From assembly GCA_009602725.1 (NCBI GenBank), contig WELB01000030.1, positions 626,447 to 690,446 on the forward strand: a stretch of 64,000 nucleotides of DNA, in the 5' to 3' direction. The position numbers and the translations under genes were made by a program. Within the stretch, counting starts at the first letter, position 1, and the number at the start of each line of letters is the position of its first letter. The DNA is from Spirogloea muscicola. Its lineage: Eukaryota. Positions 40,620 to 52,790 of this stretch are shown here, one piece after another. A model generated the notes under the pieces. That model searched no databases. It saw only the letters and a program-made list of their open reading frames with translations, and had not been told where the DNA came from.

Positions 40620-43260
40620 ATGGGACCGGCGGCGGCCACGGCGGCGGCGGCGGCGGCGGCGACGGCGGCGGGGGCGGCGGGGGCGGCGGCGGCGGCGGCG
40701 GGGGCGGCGGCTCTCACAGGCGCCGGGGATGTGGTCCATGATGTGNNNNGCCGCCGCCGCCGCCGCCGCCCCCGCCGCCGCCGCCGCCGCAACGGCGCGG
40801 CCCCTTGCGCCCAGCATCGATCCCCTCAAGGTCCGTCTTTGCCACTGGCGCTGGTTATCCATACGGGCCTCGTCGGCTCATCGCCAGCTGCCTGGCCAGC
40901 GGCCGCGCAGCCATGCCTGACGAGCTCGCCGCCGCCGCCGCCGCCGCCGCCGCAGGCAGTCATGTTCCAGGGGTTCAACTGGGACTCGCACTGGTGCGGC
41001 CGCTGGTACGACGTGCTCGCCGCCACCGCCGCCGACCTCGGCGCCGCCGGCATCACCGACGTCTGGCTCCCGCCTCCCAGCCACTCCGTGTCCCCGCAAG
41101 GTCTGCTCGCCGCATCAAACAGTCATTCTGTAGAGCCTTGTTACTTAGACACAGCCGAGCTCGGGCAGTCCAGCAGCTGCCCCGCTCTTTCTCTCTGTGT
41201 AGATGATGACCAGCGCCAGTACCGCTGCTGAGCATCGACGCTGCATGCATGGGCGATAGGGTATCTTCCGGCGCAGCTCTACAACCTGGACGCGTCGCAC
41301 TACGGGTCAGAGCGGTCTCTCAGGGCGTTGGTGGATGCCATGCACGTCGCTGGCGTGCGTGTCCTGGCGGACATCGTCATCAACCACCGCAGCGCGACCC
41401 AGACCGACGAGCGCTGCGTGTGGGCTGCCTTCAAGGGCGGGCATCGTGATGGCAAGGCCGACTGGGGAGCGTGGGCTCTCACGCGCGACGACCCTTACGG
41501 CGACGGCTCTGGCAACCCGGACAGCGGCGCGAGCTGCCCGTTTGCGCCCGATCTCGACCACACCGACCCCGTCGTCCAACGGGACATTACTGAGTGGCTC
41601 AACTTCCTCCGGCGCGAGATTGGATATGATGGCTGGCGGTTCGACTTTGTCAAGGGATATGCACCTCTCTTTACGCAGATGTGAGTAGGAATCACTTACC
41701 CCAGAAACTATGAAAATAATCAAGGCGATGAATACAGTGAAAGTGACCACTTTGCGACTTGTGGAGTACACCTCTTAAGAGATACTCTTCTTTGGCAGCT
41801 ATTTGTGTTGGCATGTAATCACTGGCCACTGTTATTGCTATCCTTAGGTACTGCGAGGCGACAAAGCCAGACTTTGCGGTCGGCGAGCTCTGGCCCCCCA
41901 TGGAGTACGGCAACTGTGGTTGTTTTATGTATGTCCAGGGTGAGGCACGCTCCTGGCCTGACTTGGACTTGTGAATAGTGGCAAGCCTGTAAGATCACGT
42001 CAAGCCTGGTTGGAGCACTGCATCCTTGCATGAACCCTTATTCTTGCAGGTGCTTTAAAGTCAGGGTGTAATAGGGTTCAGGTCAACTCATCTCATGTAA
42101 TATTCCTTGGCGCAGACAGAAATCGGCAAGAGCTCATCAGCTGGGTGAATTCGACTGGGGGCGCCTGCCATGCATTTGACTTCACAACCAAGGGCATCTT
42201 GAATGTGGCAATGAACGGCGAGCTGTGGCGACTCAAGGACCGCGAGAACCATGCGCCAGGGATGATTGGCTGGTACCCTGAGAAGGCGATCACGTTCGTT
42301 GACAATCACGACACGGGCTCGTCGCAGAATCACTGGCCATTTCCCGCTGACAAAGTGATGGCTGGCTACGCCTACATCCTCACACACCCAGGCGTCCCCT
42401 GCGTGGTGCGCAGCTGCTAGGATCACAAATACCTTCTTGGATTGCCTGTCGCCACTGTCTACCTTCTGTGTGGCATTCAGGATATCAATGAGGGTAGAAC
42501 TTGAAACCTTGGTTGTTCTTGACGACCTTGTTCTTAAAAGATACATGGCCCTGTCACTTGATCAGTTGCAGCCCTTCAAATGCTGACGCTTGACGAGACT
42601 TGGCTTGTGCAGTTCTACGATCACTTCTATGATTGGGGCCTACGCCAGCAAATTACGGATCTGATTCAGCTGCGTAAGCGCTCTGGCATCCAGGCGGACA
42701 GCAAACTGTCCATCCTCCACGCCCCGGACCACCTCTACCTGGCTACAATCAACGAGCGAGTCATGGTGAAGATTGGCCCTCAGTGAGCATCTAACCGTGT
42801 CCCTGAGCTGCACCAGTATATAACCATAGCAAATGTTGCATTTCTGAATTCGTCTTTCCTCTGTGCAGTGCACATATATCTGACACCTTGTACGCAGTAC
42901 ATATCTTCTTGAACTGCCTATTCTTATCACTGAGCAGCTCTGGCAGCATTATACTGATGCCATATTGGTCAACCAATCTTGAGCTGCAGGATGGATCTTG
43001 GCCACCTGCTCCCAGCTCATGAGGACTGGAGGGTGGCCTGCTGCGGCCACGACTACTGCGTCTGGGAGAAGATTCTGGTGCCGACAGAGCTGGAGATTGT
43101 TGGTGGCCATGGAAGCCAAGCTTCTGTACTGCCGCTCAACATAGCAACTGGAAGCACACTGCAGCAATCTGACATCCAGATGGGCATGTTCAATGGCTTT
43201 GATGGGATGTCGGACATTGTCGCAGCTGGTGGCAAAGCTGCGAAAACTCTCATTGCATAG
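40620..43260 (+). CDS. Alpha-amylase (GH13, plant AMY1-like), multi-exon; start uncertain (N at 40746-40749)
   Basis: [44 protein letters not shown] (catalytic Asp), VGELW (Glu), FVDNHDTGS (Asp), [18 protein letters not shown] and YCVWEK. Confidence 0.95.
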
Positions 43261-43635
43261 TGTAAAGAGGTCTTTATGCTGAGAGTTCCTTGATTGTTGC
43301 CCCCATCAGCTAGATTGGAGGCACTACAAGGATAGCACCTTGTGGTGGCTAATTTATGGGGCTCATTTGTTTTAGCTCGATTATTTTTAGGTCATTAGGA
43401 GCTGCCAAGCCACTGGCCGGTACCCCTTCTTCTCAGTCTAGTTATTCGTTATTTCTGCTTGCTCTTTAGATGTTCTTTGGTTAGTCCATTAAAGATGGAC
43501 CAACAATGACAAATGATTGACCCATCAAAGGCAGCTCACTGAGATCTAGTCATTGACAATATTATTGATTTTATGATAATTAAAAGACACATATTGTTCC
43601 CAGCACCCGGTAGCCCCACCGCCAGTCGCAGTCTG

Positions 43636-46600
43636 TCACAACTCTTCTACCTGCACGGAGAATCCGCAAAAGCAGCGCCGAATGTGCAGGCTACAGCTGC
43701 CTCCTGGCTGGCTCTCTGGTCTTCCAAAGCAGTGCTCATGCGGCTGCCGACTCCACTCATGGCTCAAACTGCTCAGCTTCCTGCCACTCTCCAAGGTGCT
43801 ACTCCTATCCAGCTGTGCTACCTCTACTACTCCACAGCCATCTGCCCCAACAGGCATGGCCATAGGCCTATTGATGTCTGCAGGACTGCAGTTGGAGGTA
43901 TGCGCACCATCCAATTGGCAGTCAGCCTCATATGCCTCCCTTAAGCGCTGACGCGTGGCTAGAGACTGGATGAGTAGCCGCCAGCGATCCAGCGCGGCCT
44001 GCTCGCGTTTCCTCCTGCCCTGCAGCGCCCTCCTCGCCTCCTCCTCGTCATATGCCTGCGCCACGGTTGCTACTTAGCAGTCACATACTGCAAGCATGGC
44101 TACCAGCTTAAATTGCTCGCTCAGCTGCCATCACTGACGACAAGCAGTGCAAGCAGCTTCCTCTGGCTCACACCTTGTTCTGCCAAGACAATGATACCCT
44201 GGTTTGCAGTGAGCACCTGGCGTATAGCAGCTTCATGCTCGTGGCATACCACCACGCCCTGATACATGGGCTTGGACTTTCCGCCCTTGACCTCGAAGCC
44301 CACCATGGCTGGCGCAAAGTCAAAGCCCAGCTGCCGGACAACCGGAACAATCCTCGGTAGTGCTAGGTGGATGGTGCCCTCCGGCAAGCTTTCAGCGGAC
44401 CACACATCGATCTGGCCTCGTGAGTTCTGCGAGCAGGAACAGCTGCTCGACATTAGGCCTTCTGGTTACGCTCAAGCAGCATCATTGGTCATATGCTCCA
44501 TAATTTGCTCTGTCAATTAGCCTGAATAATTATGCTAGATTTTACCTTGGGCACAATGCCATTGATAGCTGGGGGGGGCCGCCACGCGCTCGTCTGCCAG
44601 CGCCCAAACAGCGATGAGGTGGTCCCAGCACCACCTTCCTCGCCCTGCCTTGCCATCTCCAGTGCAATGTCCACGCCAGCAAGCCTGGACGCCGCTAGGA
44701 TCTGCGTCATCAAAGAGCAGAGAAGACCTTGAGGCACTTACTCAGGGTTTATCATTTCGCAACATGGACTCAGCAGTTGCAGGTAAGTCTCAAACTTGTC
44801 AACAAGGTGTTGAAGAAGAGCAGACAGAAGCGAAGGAAAACGTGGAGGTCAGCAGGACCTTGACGGGCTGCTCGCCATCTCTGACTTTGCGGAGCTCCCG
44901 CAGCCACCGGTCAGCGGTGTGCAACGACTGGACGCACTCGCGAGGGTACACGGCCTGCCCTGCGCAGTACCCCAGCACTGGGCCCTGCGGATGCAGCGCC
45001 TGGTACTTGCCCAGCCAGCGCTCGAGCGCATACAGTGGATGCGCTTTGTAGGCCTGCCAAGCCAGCCCGCATAAAGTTCAGGATTTATCTGGTGAAGTAC
45101 TCTTTGCATGTGAGTGAACATTTTTTGAGGTTTATTGAGGTCAAGGCCTCCTCAGAGGCCTGCAATATAGCTAAAATGTTGTTGACAAGTGGTCTGCCAG
45201 AGAGCTTGCTTGTCAAGAGGGCCGCCCACTTTACCTGCTGGCTGGTCGGCAGGGACTCGGTGAGCTCCCTGACCTCCATCTCGACGTCCTCCTGGGAGCT
45301 TGGGTCTCGCAGGGTTGCAAAACACTCGACTCCAGAGCTCGCTCGACGATCCAACTCTTTCTTGAGGGGCATCTTGTCAACCGCACGACAGCTAGATGTG
45401 CATGGCTGCTCCATTTTCTGAGACTGCTCCCGCCTGGTCGTCCCCTCGGCTCCTCTTCGCCCGTCGCCAACCTCCACAACTTTGCCAGACGGCCCCTCAG
45501 CCAGTCTCCCGTTGGCCGTTGTCGTACCTCCAACTGGGTTGGTCCCGGTGTTGATGGAGTCGGTGCGCCTGCCAGCGGATGCGTCTGCCTCGCGGCGCCG
45601 CAGCGGCGCGAGGGTGCATTCCCACCAAGCGGCATCGACCCTCAGAGGCACCACTGTTGACCACCTCGTTATGTATCTGTACACCCAGCAGGTATGATGT
45701 ATGTCAGAGGAGTCAAGACGCTGACTGCGTCAGTGCTGCTCTTGACTCCGCAGTGAAACCCAGAAAATCCAAGATTCCGTACACAACATACCGGCGGGTG
45801 ATGTCTTTGGCGCCGCCGCCGGCAAAGGCAAGGACGTAGCGAAGGGGCTGGCAGCAGCCGGCTGCCGTCGCAGCCTCCACATCGTTGGCGCCGTCCACCA
45901 CGCCGCGCGCGCCGTCCACGTGCACCCAGCGCCCCTCTGGCCCCTCACCAGGGCAGAAGACCTCTGCCCAGTGGAGGATTGGCCCCATCTTGCGCGATCA
46001 AGGAGCTGCAGCCGTTGCCGGCGCCGCCCTGTCCGCGGCGCCTGAGGGCGTCCTGGCCTGCCAGCGGAGCGGCGGAGCGGCGGAGCGGCGGAGCGGCTGC
46101 TCCGCCGGCTGCTGCGGTGGGGTGCTCGTGGACGGCGACGTGCCACGCATGCCGTTCGGTGAAGCTGCTGCCGTGGCCTCCAGGGCCATGGCCAGCTGGC
46201 GCTCGTACTCCTCGTCGCCCTTGCTACGCCTCCTCGCTGGCCTTGCCTCCTCAGAGACGAGTCCATCCTCCAACACCTCGGGCGGAGGAGCAGCCAAGCC
46301 TTTGCTACTGCTACTTGGGTCCCTTGCCATCGCCGGCCAGCTGTGACGGTGACGGCGAATGCCATTCGGGCTCGTCATGCGACCCTGGTATGGCGGGGGC
46401 AATGCTGGCGACGAGTCTGACGTCGGCGATGCCTGGGAGGCTCTCGATGGAGGCAGAAGCCTTGCCAGCGCCCTCCCGAGGCCGGTGGCGGCCACCCGAC
46501 TCCGCAGCACTGCCTCGGAGATTGGCGACTCGCTCCTCGTCTCCCCGTCCCAGCCCTCGGAGGCGTCCAGCGAGTCGGCGTCCGGCTTCAGCGGCACCAC

Positions 46601-49244
46601 GTCCAGTGCGCATATGTACCTAGACGACCAAGACGAGGCGATGCCAGGCCCACAGCAGCAGGCAAGGCACAATATGTAAGTTACACGGTCAGCAATTTCG
46701 ATTTGTGCACTCTAGGCAGCTTGATGGTAATAGATTGCATGATAACTTTCATGGAAGAAGGTGTGCTGTGCATGGAGAAGGCTGGCCTGGCAGGGGGCTG
46801 CCTGACCGTGTAGTTAGGCCCAGGGAGCGGCAGATAGCGACTGTGATTGCCGCAACCTGGTGTTGGTCGAGGCAGAGAGGCGAATGGCCGCAAGGTGAGA
46901 ATTGCAAACTACTGCGGCCTCACAAGTACTTGACTACCAATGAAGTGTGCCAAGTTCCAGAGGGACCGGCAAGAAAATTGACTATCTACTTGACACTCTT
47001 GATTATCTTCCGCTTCACATCTAGCTTATATGAAATCTGACTTTCTACCACGCACTCAGTTTCCGCCACGCACTTGCAGTCTAGCCTTAGCTCAATCTTG
47101 AGTCCTACAACGAAACCCTGTGGTGAGGAGGGACGTTGGCAGAGCGGGGGTCCGATTACTTGCCTCTTCCGCCGTCCCCAATTTGCGGGCAACAGCTTCC
47201 GCGAGGCCGTGGGATTCCAGTGACTGGCCGTCCAGGGAGGTGGGCTCCACTCTGAAAGTAAGCTGGACCTGAAGGAGAGTGAAAGTAGGCAAGGAATTGT
47301 CAGCAGCTGTGTACGCCGCAAAGGTCTGCAAGTAGCAGCAAGCGGTAGTGTACAAGTCTTGGCTCGTCAGAGGGACGTGCAGCTGGTGGCGCGAATAGAT
47401 CTGTGTGCAAGTCTTGATGTCAGATCATGCAACCTGGGTTGCGCAGATGAGCCAAGCGTGCCTCACCCAAGCGACAAGCGGTCGGAGGAGTTCAGCTCGC
47501 AGGCAGCTCAAGTTGGTGCAGGCAGGCGCAGCGCTTGCTGGCAGCAGGGACAGCAGCGAGGCCTGCCGACACGTGCCCAGCAGCGTCCGTCAGGGGCAGG
47601 AGTGGCATGCTTTGTCACAAGCGCGCAGCAGCACATAAACCTAAAGCTTAAGTAACCCCTACATCATTGAACGATCATTTGCTAACCTCTAGATGGCAAT
47701 TCCTGGTCAAGATACAGCATTGACTTGTGCAATAGCTGCCTCTTGCTAAGACAATTATAGCAAGCACTACATTTTGAGCAAGCACGTCATCTGCAAATCT
47801 CAAGATGGCAGGCAAGGGCCTGATTGCATGGTTCAATTGACTTTGTTCAACCAGCCATTATTGTCGGCCTTATAAGCAGGATCTCAGGGTCAGCTTGTAG
47901 GATCATAGCATAGCATCTATGAGGTACACTGCAGAATAAGGTCCAAACTGCAAAACAACACCCTCTTGTTGAGAACCTCAGTCAGGCACCCATACCTGCA
48001 ACAGGGGATCGCTGCAAAGGTCCTCAGCATGGATGGCCCTTGCCAGCAGGCAGAGCAGGTGCGCCTTGTGCACCATGACAGCGTACTCCTGCAGAGTGAA
48101 TGAGGTGAAACCAATTTGCCCAAAACTTTCCAAAGTGTGGGAGTAAGAGTAGTCATGGCCGACGTGCCGTGACCATGCGGAGCACGTGCAGATGCTGTTT
48201 CAAGAAGGCAGGATGCAACGTGACCCAGCACCAGATGAGAACCCTAAACCCCTCAACCCTGACCCTTAACCCTTCACTCATAAATGATAAACCCTACACC
48301 TAATGGAGCTGCAATAAGAACCATGACTACAAGGGGCATTCCATCCATCACATCATTCATCACTCGAGGCTCAGAGTTTTAGCCAGTCCTCCCTTTCTGT
48401 TAGCCTTTCTTGAAGTCGGTCCCCTAGACTTAGACGCTGATCCCGAGAGCTTGGACATAAGCCAGCAACCGGCCCGCACCTTGTCCAGCGCATTGGCTCG
48501 TCGAACAGAAGCCTTGCCAGGCCGCCGCTTGACCTTTGGCGCTCCTTCAGCCTCGCAGCCATTGGCAGGGATCGAGAGCTGCCCGTCCCACTCCGGGTCC
48601 CCACCTCGGTGAGAGCCACCGGGGACGCCTCCGGACGCCGCAGCGCCACTCTGAGCCTGGCCTTCGGCGCTGCCGTCGATCCAGCACCAGTCCCCGTCCT
48701 CGCTGCCGCTGCCGCCGCCGCCTCCCTCTGCCAGCTTGCTCCCGCTGCCGCACTTGGGGTCCGCTTCAGCGGCTTGCCTCTCGCCTCCGTCGAGCTCGTC
48801 TTCCTGCGAGGCCCTGCCGCTCCACAGCTCGGCCTCGTCGCCACTTTCCCCTCCTCCGTCGTCACCAGCATCGAGCGCTCTGCCACTGCCCGACGACGCC
48901 AGCCCGTCTGCTGCGACTGTGCCAGTGGCGGCCTCGAGACTCTTGGCGCTCTGCGCCGGCGCCCCGCACACGACGTCTCCGACGAAGGCCTTGGACGCAG
49001 CCGCCTGCGCGGCGTGGCCGCCACCTCCGGCGCTCGGGTGCTGCGAGAGCAGGCCATAGTCGGCGTCCTGCGGCCCCTTCCTCTTGCGATGGCGTCCCGC
49101 CTGGCACCATGACGAGCCCCACGGCAGTCAGGGCGCGGATGCCAGCGCCGGAGCTCGACGACGGCGAGACGCCGGCGGCGCTGGCGGCGCCGGCGAGGTC
49201 CGCGGCGAGAGCGAGGCTGGGGCTCGGACCGGCGGCGGAGGCGC
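43636..49244 (-). CDS. RAD4: DNA damage recognition protein XPC/RAD4, multi-exon, start in gap
   Basis: KGDEEYERQLAMALEAT, HWAEVFCPGEGPEGRWVHVD, YVLAFAGGGAKDITRRY, ELTESLPTSQQ, AYKAHPLYALERWL, LFGRWQT, and GQIDVWS..LPEGTIHL..FAPAMVGFEVKGG. These fit the transglutaminase-like and BHD domains. Confidence 0.95.
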
Positions 49245-49988
49245 NNNNNNNNNNNNNNNNNNNNNNNNNNNNNNNNNNNNNNNNNNNNNNNNNNNNNNNN
49301 NNNNNNNNNNNNNNNNNNNNNNNNNNNNNNNNNNNNNNNNNNNNNNNNNNNNNNNNNNNNNNNNNNNNNNNNNNNNNNNNNNNNNNNNNNNNNNNNNNNN
49401 NNNNNNNNNNNNNNNNNNNNNNNNNNNNNNNNNNNNNNNNNNNNNNNNNNNNNNNNNNNNNNNNNNNNNNNNNNNNNNNNNNNNNNNNNNNNNNNNNNNN
49501 NNNNNNNNNNNNNNNNNNNNNNNNNNNNNNNNNNNNNNNNNNNNNNNNNNNNNNNNNNNNNNNNNNNNNNNNNNNNNNNNNNNNNNNNNNNNNNNNNNNN
49601 NNNNNNNNNNNNNNNNNNNNNNNNNNNNNNNNNNNNNNNNNNNNNNNNNNNNNNNNNNNNNNNNNNNNNNNNNNNNNNNNNNNNNNNNNNNNNNNNNNNN
49701 NNNNNNNNNNNNNNNNNNNNNNNNNNNNNNNNNNNNNNNNNNNNNNNNNNNNNNNNNNNNNNNNNNNNNNNNNNNNNNNNNNNNNNNNNNNNNNNNNNNN
49801 NNNNNNNNNNNNNNNNNNNNNNNNNNNNNNNNNNNNNNNNNNNNNNNNNNNNNNNNNNNNNNNNNNNNNNNNNNNNNNNNNNNNNNNNNNNNNNNNNNNN
49901 NNNNNNNNNNNNNNNNNNNNNNNNNNNNNNNNNNNNNNNNNNNNNNNNNNNNNNNNNNNNNNNNNNNNNNNNNNNNNNNNNNNNNNNN

Positions 49989-51772
49989 GGCGGCGCGGCT
50001 CTGACGGCGGCGGCGACGGCGGCGGCGGCGGCGGTGGCGGGCAAGCAGGCGGGAGATCCGGGAGCTGGCGGGGCGGGAGGTGGAGCTGAAGCGCGGCGCA
50101 GCGCGCGGCAGCAAGGCGGAGCAGAAAGCCAAGAAGAAGGCCGCTGACGACGAGGTCGCGCGCCTCGACGCCGCGCTGCGCGCCCGCCACGCCGCCGAGC
50201 TCGCCTCCCTCGGTCCGTCGCCCAGCTCCCGCCGGCCGGGCGGCCATGGCTGCTGTGTGCGGTGGCGCCTTCGCCTCGGGCGGCCGCGGCGTCGCTCAGG
50301 CGCGGCTGTGGCGGGACTGCCGTCTCGGTGGTCCGGCTCCGCAGGCTTCGTGGCGTCCACCGCGGGGGCGCCGGAGGAGCGCGAGACGGCGGCGGCGCGC
50401 CGGGAGAGCGAGATGGACGCCGTGGTCAAGGCCATGGCGGGCGTCACGACGGCCATCAGCGGCCGCGAGGAGGGCCGCGTGAGCAAGGCCCAGAAGAGGT
50501 CGGCGTCGACGCCGACGCCAACTGGCGGCGGCGGGCCTTCGTCAAACCGCTCAGCCGCCCCAACAGAAATGGCAGTGGTTCTCGACTGATCGCCCAAGTC
50601 TTGCATGGCGCTGCTGCAGGAAGGACAAGAAGCTGCAGCAGGAGGCGGAGCGGGAGCAGCGCATCGCGGAGGAGCAGAGCGACGTCGTCAGCGAGCGCGC
50701 CCTCGAGCACCAGCGCCTCCGGTCCAAGCTGGAGGTTGCGGCTGCGGCGGCCCCCTGGTTGAGCTCGTGCGACCCCAGCCATGAGCACGCTCATGTCGTC
50801 TTTCTGACAGCCGCGGATGTCATGGCGGCCGTCGTTCTTGCGCAGCCCTTGGGTCTGGCTGTCAAGGAGGTGAAGCCGGACGGGCATTGCCTGTACCGCG
50901 CGGTGGAAGACCAGCTCGGCCTGGAGGGCGGCGACAGCGGCAGCAGCGGCGACTACCTGTCACTGCGGCGGGTGGCCGCTGGATACATGCGGGAGCACCC
51001 CGACGACTTCGTGCCGTTCGTGCACGGAGAGCTGGGTCAAGGTGTGGCAGATGCGACTTGAGTGCTGCTGGTCCTCGCTTGCTGCTGCTGCGCCGGTGCT
51101 CGATGGAGGTGACGCAAGGAAGCTGGCGGTGTCGTGGTGCTGGCCATGCCTTTGGGATTAAGGCGACGTGAGACCGGCACTGGGTCGCGTCGCAGAAGAT
51201 GGCGCTCGGGACTCGTCGTCCGCAGCCAATGGGGACGAGTCCACAGAGATGCTGGAGAGCTACTGCCGCAGCGTGGAGGGCACGGCTGCGTGGGGCGGCC
51301 AGCTGGAGCTCGGCGCCCTGGCACACGCGCTGCACCGGCGCATCACTGGTGACCTCCTCTGACTGACATCCTCCACCATCACTCTCCGCTTTGCACCTTC
51401 TTCTCCAACCCTCCACCCTCTACGGTTTCGGTTATAAGTGTTCTGCCACTTTGCTGCAAAGCTTAGCAGGGCTGCTGAGTGCTTGTTTGGCTGCTCTTGT
51501 GACCTGATCGAGGAGTCTGGATCTGTCTGGGCTGCCTGCGATTCGAGCGGAGTTTAAGCAAGGTATCTCTCATGGGGTTCTCGTTGAATGTGCTGACAGT
51601 GTACACGGCTGACGGGCCGGAGGTGGAAATGGGTGAGGACTACGGGAAGGGTGCCGCCGCCCGGCCGCCAGTTCGATTGTCCTACCACCGGCATGCGTAC
51701 GGCCTTGGGGAGCACTACAACTCGGTTGTGCCTGCGGAGGCAGGGCCGTCAGTCGACGCCGACGAGGCATAG
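49989..51772 (+). CDS. OTU-domain deubiquitinase (OTUD6B / plant OTU5-like), start in gap
   Basis: KPDGHCLYRAVEDQL (catalytic Cys), YMREHPDDFVPF, AWGGQLELGAL and LSYHRHAYGLGEHYNSV (catalytic His). Confidence 0.93.
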
Positions 51773-52790
51773 GCTGGTCGTATGGAGGGGGGGAGCTCTC
51801 ACACAATCGTGTGTGACGCGGTCAGTTGCTTAATGCGCCTTTTTTTCTTTTACTAAGCCAAGCTTGAGCCATGAATTGTGCTGACAGCACAGAGCGTGAG
51901 CTCTCCTCACATTGCACAAGGCAGTCTCTGCAGCCCTGCCAAGATGAGTTGCGAGCAGGCCTCACTGGTTGCTCAAGTGCTGTGCGGCCTTCTTGCAGGG
52001 CCATTTCCGGACTCCTTGCTTTGGACTTGGACTCCTTGCTTTGGACCTGGAGACATGGAGCTGCCGTAGTCAGTGCCAGGCTGTGTTAGCTTCCCTGGGT
52101 GTACTACTTTTAAGTTTTGCAGCAAGTGGGTATGTCGTTCACGTGTTCGCTTGCAATCCTTTGAATTTTAGTCCTCTGCCATCAGAGTGTTCGCCCAGGG
52201 CGTACAAGCCATACTGGCAGGCGCGTAAGTACCAGATGCGTACTTCCTGCATGCTTCCGGCAGCTCAATGACAGAGCGACTTGCAAAGTCGTGGCTGCAA
52301 AGTCTAATGTGTGCTGTCTCTTCGTCATAGCTGTCTCTTGATCAAGCAAGCAAGCATAATCATGAATGATGGATGATTAAGGGCGGCGACGCAGGCCGAC
52401 CACCTCTCACCAGCAAGTGCCAGTATATATCGCTTCCTACTGGCAAAAGCATGCATCAATATCTGCTACTAGTACCTGGAGAAGCTTCGTCAAGTCTCAC
52501 TGAGGATTCTGAAAGCGTGCAAGATCATGAAACTTTTACTATAGTAGCAGCGCTGAAGCTGATGAGCTCCTGGGCGACTGGCTGGCCTTTGACCTGCCTC
52601 AGATTGAAGCCATAATGAGACCACTGACTTGCATAATGACAGCAATGACATCTAAGAGCTCTGTCAACACGGGACCACCAAGAGTTGGCGAGGGCTGGTA
52701 TAACTGGAGAGCCTTGGATGTATGTTATACATGCAATTGGTAATAATTGGCTATAACAATGACACAAATGGCACGTGCAAAGAGACTCCT

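Noticed and set aside
52009..52050. 20 bp tandem duplication (similar short ones at ~56087-56122 and ~63678-63727)
   Set aside because: Ordinary slippage-type mini-duplications with no evident function.
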